Source: Octopus sinensis
Lineage: Eukaryota
Reading direction: 5' to 3'
Assembly: GCF_006345805.1 (NCBI RefSeq)
Contig: NC_043003.1
Coordinates: 10,044,001 to 10,108,000 of the forward strand
Length of the DNA stretch: 64,000 nucleotides
A model generated the notes under the pieces. The model did no database searches, was not told the DNA's origin, and worked only from the letters and a program-made list of their open reading frames with translations. The first letter of the stretch is position 1. The number at the start of each line of letters is the position of its first letter. The position numbers and the translations under genes were made by a program. This document shows, one piece after another, positions 51,786-64,000 of this stretch.

Positions 51786-52825
51786 CATACTCAAAATATG
51801 CGTACACAAATGCAGATACATACATACACACATATACATACGTGCTTACATATGTGAGTGCTTCTCTGGTGTGAGTGTGTGTGTGTATGAGTGTGAGTGT
51901 GTGTGTGTGTATGAGTGTGATTGTCTGGGATTGCTTGCTAACGTTATGTGACTTGCAAATGTCAATAGACGAATTTTTGAGTGTCTGCATAACTAGAAGC
52001 GAATTATGTGATCCTGTACGAGATATATGTATATTTTGAATATATTTGCAGAATTTGTGAAATGAAGCACCAACTGTAAATGTCATAACTGAAAAATAAT
52101 TAAAAATATAATTACAAAATCAAATTGAAATGAGATCTAAAATATTCGATAGAATTCACTGTTATTTTGGAATGCAAATATCTAAATATCTGTTTGTTGA
52201 GAATGTCGTTCGCTACTGGATATTTAGCAGAGTAATAAAACTTTACTATATATGTGCGTAAATGTGAATACAAACGTTCTGCTTTCGTCTGATATACAAT
52301 AATGTTATATAGAGCTTTATATTTACCTCATTATCAAGCTAGCTATATATCGTCACACAGACACACACACACATATATATATTTAGTTGGCACTGATTGC
52401 GACTGAGGCTGCCGAATGGTTCCTATATGGCTAGGAATAAGAGTTAAATCAGCTAAAGCTGCATAAACGCACATTTGAATACACTAACAGGGGAGGGAAT
52501 CTGTCAATATGTATAAACGAGCGTTTCTGCAGCTATAAGGGTATTTACCTCTTATTTCTAGCAATATAGGTGTTATTCAGCACGCTCAGTCACAATTGGT
52601 GACGATTAAACCTTTCCTTTAAGGTTTTATATAGCGCTTATATTAATTATTAGAGATGGGTTGTAGTTCACTACAGCTGTTTCAGGAGCGTTCTTTTGCT
52701 GGTGTACAAAAACGTTACATCATGCGAAAAATAGTTCTTTTTAGATGATTAAATAGAAAATTTTACATTTAGAACTACAAAATAGAACAGAGTGTAAAAT
52801 GACCTTATATGTATATATATATATT

Positions 52826-52912
<87 letters not shown>

Positions 52913-52964
52913 ACGTCTACATAACAGCCTACTAACAAATCTAGCTGTACGTATTTAAAATGTA

Positions 52965-53330
52965 GGTATACAAAGTGATTGGTAAAATGATGCTCTAGAT
53001 CGGAACAAATGGACTGGTGCTGTTAGGACTGGTTGTAATGCCTGGGAAGAAAAGATGACTCGGCACTGTGAACTTAAAAGTGCCTGTCGCAAATGAACAA
53101 TTGGAATTGTAATCAACAGGGAACATTGGATATGTATTATATGTGACCGTGTACTGTTGTCAAAAATAGGATACATAAACTATATGAAGTCACATGAAAC
53201 TCGTAATGCCCAGATACGTAATGATCTTGGGCACCAACCACCTCTTACGACTTGTGTCATGTGTCAAAAAACATGTAAGACAATATCTGGTCTTTTAAAA
53301 GTCATCTAAGGGCTCATCAACGGAGTGATT
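52965..53330 (+). pseudogene. Decayed LINE (RTE-like) C-terminal fragment with C2H2-like motifs
   Basis: Manual translation: ALDRNKWTGAVRTG..CIICDRVLLSKIGYINYMKSH..CVMCQKTCKTISGL. Confidence 0.5.
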
Positions 53331-54139
53331 ATTCTGTGTGATGGGATGTGGTGTGTGTGCTGATGTAACGGCTATCGTCTCTCACGATGAAGCAATCACA
53401 CACACACGCACTCACACACACACACATGCACACACACATACACACACACACACACATATGCATGTATGTATGCGAATATGTTAGGATGGTTAGTGCGGCG
53501 CTCCAAATTTAGTAATGACATATACAAATAGAAAGTAGAAGCGATTACAGAAAAAGAATGAAGGACTGATAATTATGGAAACCATCTAATCAGCTATGGA
53601 GACCGGTTTCAAGTGCAATTTCTGCGAGTTTAATGTCCGAAGGCTTTCAATTCCTCTGTACTATTCGTCTGGTTTTCCAGTGAAATTGGGATGATGTTTT
53701 CTAGTACAATCAACAGAGAGAGACCACCAGTTTAACAACAAATTTAGTGAAGCAGCACTGGGGACCGTATTTATAATTCATTCACATACTGTCGACTGTG
53801 GACGTCAGTTTTTGTTTCATGCTGTCTATGAGTGAAAATGTCGACATGTAGATAGTTAAAATTGGTGCCAATTCGTAGAATTTTTCATAAATTGCTCTAA
53901 ACTCAATATTTTCCATCGTGAGACAAACCTCAGCAGTCACTCATGTAAAGACAGCAATAAACAGTTGAAACTAGTCGAATCGTTTGAATGAATGTTCGTC
54001 CTGCAGGATGACCTTAACATCTGATTGCAACGCAATTGAGAATGAGTAAATGTTTAAGTATTTAACACATGCATATTAAATTAATCACAATAAATTCACA
54101 CACACATACACACACACACACACCACACACACACACACA

Positions 54140-54170
<31 letters not shown>

Positions 54171-54172
54171 CA

Positions 54173-54204
<32 letters not shown>

Positions 54205-55147
54205 ACTGACAGACAGGCACGCGTATGCTATCTCAGTTATATGGTTTACATTTTATTAGAACTATTGACGTTCTGCAAGGTGTAGGGCTTGGGAAGCCAG
54301 AGTGCAAGGAATATTAGCAACTAGCTAACCACGTTACGCCAATAATGACGGCTAATTGTAGTATTTATATATAAATAATGTACAAAATGAGGTACATAAT
54401 AATCACGCATGCAAATATTCACATACTTCCTTTGTACACGCACACACATATACACATATACTCACACAGAATTGAAATGCTGATTCTTTTTCACAACCTC
54501 CTTCTTTATTCATCTATCACCCCTTCCTTTCTCTCATTGCTATTACTTTCTCTCACTCCCTCTCACTACTTCTCCTTCACTGAATTGCTATTTTCTCCCC
54601 CTCCTCCGCATCCGGCGTGATTCTGGACAAATATACATATATACAAATATATATAAAATACTACGCTCATTATTATATTAGGAAATTATATACTTTTTGG
54701 TGTTGCTGTTTTTATTTAACCTTGGCTTAGCACCTTGGCTTAGCACTCTTATAATGAAGTCGTTCCGGTAGTCTCAAACGCAATGTTCCAAGCATGTATC
54801 GTTATATGAGCGAAAATCTGTTTGCAAAGATAAACAAAGCAAACATATATATCTGATATCCTTTGACCTTTTAGCGATATTCTATTTAGAATTGGGTGCC
54901 ATTTATTTGTCGAAGTGTAAGGCTGGAATTTGTGATGGTTGAGTGGCTACATTCAAAGGCAAAGCAGTATCGAGTTTAGAGAAAACCAGGGATAGGTTTG
55001 CCGTTAATGATTTTGCTAAATTTATTCATAGTTTACTAAGAGTTTGGCGGTAATGGATTTGCTAAATTTAGTCTAGACTTTTCACACACCCTCACGTACA
55101 CGCATACATATATATATAAGTGTTTGTGTGTAAATACATGCATGTAA

Positions 55148-55221
<74 letters not shown>

Positions 55222-55244
55222 TTATTTATAAATACATACATCAA

Positions 55245-55650
55245 GAGTGGCTGTGTGGTAAGTAGCTTGCTAATCAACCACATGGTTCCAGGTTCAGTCC
55301 CACTGCGTAGCATCTTGGGCAAGTGTCTTCTGCTATAGCTCTGGGCCGACCAATGCCTTGTGAGTGGATTTGGTAGACGGAAACTGAAAGAAGCCTGTCG
55401 TATATATGTATATATATGTATATGTATGAGTGTGTATGTGTTTGTGTGTCTGTGTTTGTACCCCTAGCATTGCTTGACAACCGATGCTGGTGTGTTTACG
55501 TCCCCGTCACTTAGCGGTTCGGCAAAAGAGACCGATAGAATAAGTACTGGGCTTACAAAGAATAAGTCCCGGGGTCGATTTACTCGACTAAAGGCGGTGC
55601 TCCAGCATGGCCGCAGTCAAATGACTGAAACAAGTAAAAGATTAAAGAGA
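55245..55650 (+). mobile_element. tRNA-derived SINE (family B)
   Basis: Near-identical to 13902-14330. Confidence 0.88.
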
Positions 55651-55689
55651 GTATATATATATATATATAATATATATATATATTATATA

Positions 55690-55728
<39 letters not shown>

Positions 55729-57683
55729 CACACATATTTATATATATAAAGAGAAAGAGCCAGACAGAGCCAGACAGAAAGAAAGAAACAAAGATAGAGT
55801 GATGGACGGATGCTTACGTGGCTTAATGTTCAGTCGGGTTGCACTGCACGTTAGGTACTTTTCTTCTGCTACTGCGCCGGGTTGATCTATGAATTGCGTG
55901 AGAATTTGGTAAACGGAAACTTTGTGGAATCCCGTCGTAAGTTATATATATCTTTGTGTCTGTGCGTATGATGTTAGCGAAATTAGAGCCTAGAGTGAAT
56001 CTACAAGAAAATAGTGCTGGAGACCCTGAAAAATGAGGAGACGGTTGTGCTATCAGGATATTTTTACCAGACTCTGATCGTTATAGTTAAGGGAAAGGAG
56101 GCGGATGATAGTAAGCTTTTGGTATACTCTAGGGTGTCCGACAAGTCGTAAATTCCCTTGGTGCCTTATAATCAAATAAATAATAACATACGATGGATAG
56201 TTGTCAGGTCATTACAGCTGTTTCTAACGTAACTTTTTAATAGAAGAATGAGAACATTACTCCGTTATAAAAGACAGTAATTATCAGATGAAACCAGGAG
56301 ACGATTATGCTATCAAGATGTTTTCCCCAGACGCTGATTGTTATACTTAAGGGAACGGAAGCTGATGAAATTCGAAGCTGTGTCTATGTGTGTAGACATA
56401 CGCAGTAAGCATACTACTCTGCCAAATTTGTGTTCAGCCTTCGAATAATATGTATAAGGAAGAATTCCAACCAAGTTTTGTGGTTCGTTACCTCAACAGC
56501 TCCTTTATAAAATCCAGTGACTAAAGACATCAGGAGGAACCACGTCCGGTTTTGGCCCCTACTTCTCTACCATTTTCCTTTCGGTGGTGTCTTCAGCTCT
56601 TATGTTCAATGCTTTTCTTCTTTCTCCTTTTTTCTTTGGTCTTTTGTTCTTTCGTTTCTTCGATGCCATGTCAACGAATATCAGCGGGTGGATGTCCATC
56701 CTGCCAAATTTCGCTTTAAATACACACCGGTAGGCACCAGCAGCCAGCACTAGCTAAATGTAATGTATAGATATTATTGGCACTTATTACTGACGCACAA
56801 GGGAGATAACCTTTTTATTCATATGTCACCGTTTTGTCAATGAAATATTATTGAACCGTTTTCGTTTTAGTAAAGAAATTTTACGGTAGTAACATTAATT
56901 TAACAATGCAGGTAGGACAAAGAGTTGCAGGCCTTGTGCAAAATTTGAAATCAGTATTTCTATTCTAATATGACAATATTTTGTTCATGAACGAAATAGC
57001 CAATTGATGGAGACCTATAAAACGAAGAGACATTTTGATATTTGAATTTAAAAATTACATTTTTCCGAATAGCTTTTAGTCTTATTTTAATTAGTTTTGT
57101 AATTAAATTTTTTCAATCATCATTAAGTTATGACATTTACATTTCTATGCTCTTAATTGTACAAGCACCATCATTGCACTAAAATATACTTACTAGATTG
57201 CCACTGAAACACATGAAAATCAAACGTAATAATACAGAAAATTCCGCAAAATATCCATCCATGATTTTTTCAATTCCCGCACATATACGCGCACACACAT
57301 ATACTTACAAAGATATAATCGCAAACAGCGATGATCAAAATACATACATGCATATATATAGATATATACATATATACATGTGTGTTTAAACACACACACA
57401 CGCATACACACACACATATGTATATATATGTGTATATATATATATATGTATGTATGTATTTATATATACATATGTATATATATATGATTATATATATATG
57501 CATATATATGTGTATGTATATCTATATCTATATCTCTCTATATATATATTTATATACATATGTGCATGTATATATATACATACACCCCCACCCCCATATA
57601 TATATGTATATATATATATATACACACACACACATATATATTATATATATACATACATATATATATATATAATATATATATAT

Positions 57684-57715
<32 letters not shown>

Positions 57716-57823
57716 GATTATATATATATGCATATATGTGTATATATCTATATCTATCTCTCTCTCTCTATCTATATATATATATATATGTGCATGTATA
57801 TATATACATACACCCCCACCCCC

Positions 57824-58038
<215 letters not shown>

Positions 58039-58118
58039 TTGAAATTCTTTTGAATTTGGCGCGAGAATATTCAAGATGTAACGGATTACAACGAGATGAG
58101 ATAGTTTTTTTCAGCAAA

Positions 58119-58171
58119 ACCTGCTGAGGAGAATTGAGGGACGAGCGAGAATTTGAAATCATGATCTAGGT
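58119..58171 (+). ncRNA. Type I hammerhead ribozyme
   Basis: Stem I ACCTG/TAGGT; CTGAGGA; stem II GAATT/AATTT; GAAA; palindromic stem III TCATGA; AUC triplet. Confidence 0.72.
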
Positions 58172-58426
58172 ACTTCTGTTGCCTCATTCTACGTTTTCTT
58201 TTAGCATAGATAGTATGTTAAATTCCGCTTGTTTACCCGATTTCTGTTGGTCTGTTGTATATTTTCAGCGAGATTGGTGGTTAAGGCTGGGGGTCCTTCC
58301 ACTTTCTAAGCAAGCTGGTGCTTCCTGTACCCTCCAATATGATAATGAATTTATTGTTTAATGCTAATATCGCATGATGCCACTAATATTATTGTTGTTA
58401 TTATCAATTATTTAGAATTGCCGCTG

Positions 58427-58486
<60 letters not shown>

Positions 58487-58489
58487 TAA

Positions 58490-59075
58490 TCCACCTCCAG
58501 TGCTTGAAAATGACCACATCTCACTCCTCTGGAACTTCACCATTCAAACTGACAGAAAGGTAGATGCTAACAGGCCAGATATCATATTGAAAGACTCCAG
58601 ACAAAGAACATGCCTCCTCATTGATATGACTGTCCCAATCGATATAAACGTATCTGTCAAGACCTACTAAAAACTGAGCAAATATAAAGATCTTGAAATA
58701 GAAATCAGCAAAATGTGGAACCTGAAGACTAAAACAATACCTGTTGTCATAGGTGCCCTGGGAATGATAGCGAAAGGGGCTGATTGCTACCTAACTCAGA
58801 TACCAGGAAACCCCAAAATGGCAGAAATTCAAAAGATAGTGCTCATGGGAACTGCTCATATCCTACGCAAAATACTTTCTATGTAATCCCAAGGTTTAAA
58901 ACAAACTTTTTATTTTATTTATTTATTAGACATTCACTAGAACAACACCAAAAAAACCCAAATATATGACACACTAGGCATAACAACAACGTGAACTTCC
59001 AACCTGTTGTCTTTTGAGGTCTCTGGGTGAGACTTGGAGCCAACTTGCATAAACATAAAGCAAAAGTCAAACATA
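58490..59075 (+). mobile_element. 5'-truncated R4/Dong-like LINE fragment in (TAA)n; a 3' piece of the same family lies at ~49900-50150
   Basis: LWNFTIQTDRKVDANRPDIILKD..CLLIDMTVP..KYKDLEIEISKMWNLKTKTIPVVIGALG. Confidence 0.85.
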
Positions 59076-59979
59076 GAATAATAATAATAATTGTTATTAT
59101 TATTATTATGATAACAATAATAACAATAAAATCTTTACGTTTATTTCTTTGGAATATTTACTCACTTTTACGTGTGTGCGTGTGTGTGCGTGTGTGTGCG
59201 TGTGTGTGCGTGTTTGACCCCACAACATCGCTTGACAACTGATTATGATGTGTTTACGTCCCCGTAACTTAGCGGTTCGGCAAAACTGACCGCTAGAATA
59301 AGTACTAGACTTACAAAGAATAAGTCCTGGGGTCGATTTGCTCGACTAAAGGTGGTGCTCCAGCATGGCCATAGCCAAATGACTGAAACAAGTAAAAGAA
59401 TAAAAGAATATATATACATGTATGTATCTATATTCGTGTGTGTGTTGTGTGTCTGTGTGTGTGTGTATACATATATATATATATTTAATACAGACATACA
59501 TGTGCGTTTGTATGTGCGTACACGCATTTGCGCCAAGAAAAAGAAACCGTACTACAATTAATAATACAATTGGTAAAGAATTTATTCTTTGCAAAATTGA
59601 TGATTGCTTTATTTATGATAAGAATCGAATCTTTCTTTTATAGATTCATTAACACGCGTGAAGGAATCTTGTATGCATTCGTTCGGAAGCGTGCATGAGT
59701 GAACACACATACACACACACACATATATACTGTATATGTATGCATATGTACATGTGTGTTTTTGTATATATATGTATGTTTGAACAATTGCAGGAAAGAT
59801 ATCAGCAAAAAGATTCTACAAAAAAAATGATGTGTTGAGAATGATAGTTTGCTCATAGTGTTTAGTGAGGGACCCGTCGGGTTGGATGCAATTCCACAAG
59901 TGCAGTGGAGCAGAGAGACAAGTGGTTCGGAGGAGTGATCCTGAAAACCATGTCAATTCGAGAGACTGAGTTCGTTATA

Positions 59980-61199
59980 TTAGTTTATTCCAAAAATAAT
60001 AGCCGCGCCCAGGTGTTGTATTTTGAAAAGCAATTTTATCATAGTATTATAATTATATTTTAGGTGTATTTCGACATACTTAATAATTGATGTATGCTCT
60101 TTAATTATTTTCTACTTATTTCAGACAGAAAACATTCTTGAAGCATAGGCGCCCTTAAAAAGGGCCTTCGCTTATTTTTCTTGCATGAGTTCAGGCTTGG
60201 GCACAATGCCTCCCAAACTGCTGCCAATATCAACGGAGCATGAGGAGAGGAGTCCATAAGTGATCGCACATTACGAATGTGGTTTCAGAAATTTTGTAGT
60301 GGTGATAAGTGCCTTGAAGATGCAGTCTTGACAATGAACAAATAAAAGAAATTGTTGAACAAAACCCACCACAAAAATGTCAGAGAAATGTCTGGGGCAC
60401 TTGCTGTCGGTATTTCAACGGTCTCATGCAATTTGCAGAAGGTTGGTAAGGTGAAAAAGCTCGATAAATGGGTACTGCATGAGCTCAACGAAAATCAAAA
60501 ATTTCGGCGTTTTGAAGTGTGGTCGATGTCTTTCTGCGAAGCACCAATGATCCTTTTCTTGACTGAATAGTCACTTGTGGCGAAAAGTGGATCCTTTATG
60601 ATAACCGTAAAAGATCAGGTCAATGGCTTGATTGTGATGAGTCCCTAAAACTTTTCCCAAAGCCAAAGTTGCATCAGCAAAAGATTATGGTGACTGTCTT
60701 GTGGTCTGCAATTGGTGTTGTCCATTACAGCTTTCTGGAAGCCAATCAGAGCATTACAGCAGAGGTTTACTGCAATCAACTCGCTCAAATGCATGCTCAC
60801 TTTCAAAACATTCGACCTACATGGGTGAATCAGCGTAACCCGATTCTGCTCCACGATAATGCAAAGCCACATGTTGCAAGAATGAGGCTGCAGATACTCA
60901 CAGTCTTGGGATACGAGACTTTACCACATCCTCCATATTTTCTTGATCTTTCACCAACTGGCTACAATTTTTAAAGCATTTTAACACGTTTTTTAAGTGA
61001 TAAGAATCCGCTTTCAAAGATTTCTTAGCATCAAAGACAATAAGTTTTTTATCAGCGAGGCATCAATAATTTCGCTGACCAATGGCTGAGATGCATAGAT
61101 ATTCACGGCTCATACTTTGACTAACCAAAACGTTTGTACTGTTAATTTTTCCAGAATAAAATTGTTCTGAAATCGGCCATTATTTTCGGAACAACCTAA
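59980..61199 (+). mobile_element. Full-length but decayed mariner (Tc1/mariner) transposon
   Basis: TIRs TTAGTTTATTCCAAAAATAATAGCCG / CGGCCATTATTTTCGGAACAACCTAA, with TA TSDs. Transposase motifs WVLHEL, VTCGEKWILYDN, HDNAKPH and HPPYFLDLSPTGY. Stops and frameshifts are present. Confidence 0.92.
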
Positions 61200-62016
61200 T
61201 AGTAACGACAGGAAACACAACCACAACCTGTGTGTAGTTCATCTGTTAGTGAGTAAATGCCGACTGGGCACATGACCCTTCGCTGGACACGGTCCAGAAT
61301 GTCTGTGTATGTACCAGTAGAATCGTCGCAAACGTAAAATCAGTACAGCGTAGAGGGTCTCACTTGCATTTGTAGGATGGCAGCAACAGTTGGAGATTGA
61401 ATATTTTACAGACTTAAAGAAAAAGGCTGATCTTTGCGATGACGTCTTCGTTGCGCTAACTATGATAACATTTTGAAGGATAGACCAACGGCGAATATGG
61501 GGCCAAGTATTTGAAATGACTTTCAGGGCTCTGGGTGAACGCTACTTATGTTTGTGGTGGAGCTGTATTTGCTGTTAATAGAATCAATGCTGTGTGGTGT
61601 CTTGTTGGTGCATGAATGGAATCTGGTTGGAGAAAGCTAGAGGATAGTAAAGGAGCGTTTCATTTGCATAAAAATGAATGTAGATGGATGCGGTGACATG
61701 AAGGCCATTGATGTAGAGGCGGAGGAGTCTATGATAGAAAAAGAATTCTGAGCAACACCAGAGTCGATTGAGAGCGAGGTAAAATGATCCCCTTCAACAT
61801 ATTCTGTGTAGTGATAATTGATAGGGATCTAGTAATCCAAGGGATGAAATCTTCGTGGAGCGCTTTGAAAGGAGATTTGCATATCAGATGCGATGGAAGG
61901 CTCTGCTGATTTCATCACTCTTTTGTTAAGCGAGATCTCATTGGAGAATGACATAAAAAGTAGGTTTTTCAGTAGATCTGTCTCTGTTCAAGCAATATTA
62001 CCAATCAAGAAGACAA

Positions 62017-62047
<31 letters not shown>

Positions 62048-62200
62048 TTGAGATTCAAGTTGCTGGAGAATTACATTATTTGCTATTTCTATTAACAGAG
62101 ATGTAAGGTTTGTATGTATACATACACACACGCGCGCGCGCATGCGCACACACATTCACACACATACACACACACGCACACACACATATGTAGGTATGTG

Positions 62201-62272
<72 letters not shown>

Positions 62273-62313
62273 TTAAAAAAATGGAGTTAACGCAGGTGTA
62301 AACAAGTATTTTT

Positions 62314-62399
62314 ACTTTCGACACATGTTTCGAAAATTCCACTGATACTATTCAAAAGAATAAATGGTATAAACAATGCAATCTTCTCCTCAGGAAAGT
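62314..62399 (-). ncRNA. Type I hammerhead ribozyme in Penelope 3' pLTR
   Basis: Minus strand: stem I ACTTTC/GAAAGT; CTGAGGA; stem II GAAGATT/AATTTTC; GAAA; stem III CATGTG; GUC triplet. Confidence 0.88.
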
Positions 62400-62671
62400 G
62401 AAAAAAACGAAACTCGTCAATAAGACATTTTACCAAAAAATGATGGATTTGTATAGCGATAGACAGAACGCTATTAATATTGTTTAAAAAAACGTTATAT
62501 GATATAACGTCATAAGTAGCTAACAAAAAGATTAGGGATATTAATAGTGAATGTTAAATATAAAGGAAATTAAAGTTTAAATTATATATAATGATAGAGA
62601 CTACTTATATGCACTAAATCTATGTTTTTGCCAGTGCTTACATCTGTATGCTCGCTCTATAACTGTGTTTA

Positions 62672-62989
62672 CTAGAGTATTTTAGAAAAAATAATGGAAA
62701 GTAGCTCAGAATTGCAGAGAAGACAGAATTTCTTGCCTTTGTCATATGGTATCGAAATTGAGAGAATCAACCATCCTAAATGAAATTGTTCATTGTGGTC
62801 TTTTAAATCCCAAATCAGTTTGCTGAGACCGGTGCTATTCCGTTTCTTTCTATCCTTAAATGTTGAGTAATGGATAGAATTTCTTTTAGATAACTCTGAC
62901 GATGTGCTTCCAATGTAAAATCGTACTTTATTACGAGTACTGATTATACACTGGTATATAGAATTTTTAATCTTAGAATTACTTGACAT
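62672..62989 (-). pseudogene. Penelope-type GIY-YIG endonuclease domain fragment
   Basis: IYQ..FYIGST motif and C-terminal CxxC..E. No RT domain within the fragment. Confidence 0.78.
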
Positions 62990-63243
62990 AAACTTAATTC
63001 TATTGGAATTGACTTCAGATACAATAACCTTGTTATTAATATTTCTAGAAGGTTGGATGGTATTAGCTAAATAACAGTTTGTTATTATGAGAAGAGATAA
63101 TTTGCAAGAGATTTTTTGTGTTTGAAAAACCTATCCTAACCATATGTGAATTGATTATAGAGTAATATCTAGAATTGTTTGGAAAATTCCTAGCAATAGC
63201 TTGACGAAACAGCAGTGGGAGATTAGAATGTAAAAATACACTC

Positions 63244-63309
<66 letters not shown>

Positions 63310-63311
<2 letters not shown>

Positions 63312-63694
63312 ATAAATATTAGGGAATAAATCCAAATTTACAGGGAAAAATCAGATTTAGGATTGAATCCAATTTTATAGTAAAATATTATATTATATTA
63401 AATTAGAGACAAAACCACTATTATGCAAATCAAACAAAGAAAGACTTAAGCCAATACATAAAATAATTTATATAATTAAATTTAATTAAAATAACCACTA
63501 CGATCGTTTCGTGTCATAGTTTAAAACTTGCAAAGAAGGTTTTGAAACCACCTGAAGAATGTCTCATAGAAGTGCTGACACGAAACGATCGTAGTGGTTA
63601 TTTTAATTAAATTTAATTTACATAAATTATTTTATGTATTGGCTTAAGTCTTTCTTTGTTTGATTTGCATAATAGTGGTTTTGTCTCTAATTTA

Positions 63695-63703
<9 letters not shown>
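63310..63703. mobile_element. (TA)n-embedded fold-back element with central hammerhead
   Basis: Near-perfect ~128-bp arms at 63389-63516 and 63576-63703. The 5' unique arm ATTAGGGAATAAATCC.. is shared with 34184. Confidence 0.88.
63546..63599 (+). ncRNA. Type I hammerhead ribozyme
   Basis: Stem I AACCAC/GTGGTT; CTGAAGA; stem II (A)TGTC/GACA(C) with a mismatch at its base; GAAA; palindromic stem III CGATCG; GUA triplet. Confidence 0.75.
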
Positions 63704-63752
<49 letters not shown>

Positions 63753-64000
63753 AGAACCACCGCTACCGTACGCTAACTTTGAGAACATATTCTTCGTGAT
63801 AAGGCGAGTTGGCGTCTATTTCTAACAAATTAGGAAATCACCTAGTGGTTCTTCCTCTTATTTATATATTTAAATATAATTTATAGTCCTCGGACAGTTT
63901 TGAAGATTGCTGACCAAAGGTTTAAATTAATATTATTTAATAATATTAATTTCTACCCTCATTATTTAAATTTATATATATATACTCTTATACTTTTACT

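Larger units (their letters stand above)
62268..63252 (-). mobile_element. 5'-truncated Penelope-like element (GIY-YIG endonuclease region plus 3' pLTR with hammerhead), flanked by (TA)n
   Basis: ORF 62672-62989 reads IYQCII..FYIGST..R..H..TGLSKLIWDLK..CLLCNSE. The upstream fragment has YYSIINSHMVRIGFSNTKNL. HHR at 62314-62399. Confidence 0.85.

Noticed and set aside
52660-52730. GAAA-CAGCTG-TA half-motif on the minus strand (similar partial motifs at ~23005 and ~42800-42850)
   Set aside because: No matching intact CUGANGA and stem set could be found, so these were not counted as ribozymes.
56559-56750. Lys/Arg-rich ORF (MASKKRKNKRPKKK)
   Set aside because: Short, driven by a pyrimidine-rich low-complexity tract, and no homology is recognisable.
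60100-61125. Domesticated SETMAR-like transposase gene
   Set aside because: Multiple stops and frameshifts, mutated catalytic Asp motifs, intact TIR/TA context and no SET domain. It is a dead mariner.
61200-62000. Possible coding sequence on the minus strand (DILDRVQRR-like peptide)
   Set aside because: It looks like a heavily decayed LINE RT remnant and is too degenerate to call with boundaries.

Overview
AT-rich, microsatellite-saturated eukaryotic DNA. The SINE/LINE repertoire suggests a coleoid cephalopod (Octopus-like); this is an inference. I can confirm no intact cellular gene. There is one plausible GC-rich exon (34815-34992), and most ORF-track entries are translations of (TA)n/(CA)n/(TAA)n repeats. 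Transposons dominate: several tRNA-derived SINE families, two CR1/L2-like LINE relics, one long and several short R4/Dong-like REL-endonuclease LINEs sitting in (TAA)n, three non-autonomous Helitrons, two Tigger/pogo-type MITEs, a decayed mariner and a Penelope-like (GIY-YIG) fragment. The most notable unannotated signal is a dense set of type I hammerhead ribozyme (HHR) motifs with palindromic stem III. These include a near-perfect 594-bp tandem repeat with one intact HHR per unit (retrozyme-like), and several families of (TA)n-embedded fold-back elements that carry HHRs or HHR remnants. One such family shares both termini with the Penelope fragment. All coordinates and base pairings were read by eye, and element boundaries are approximate.
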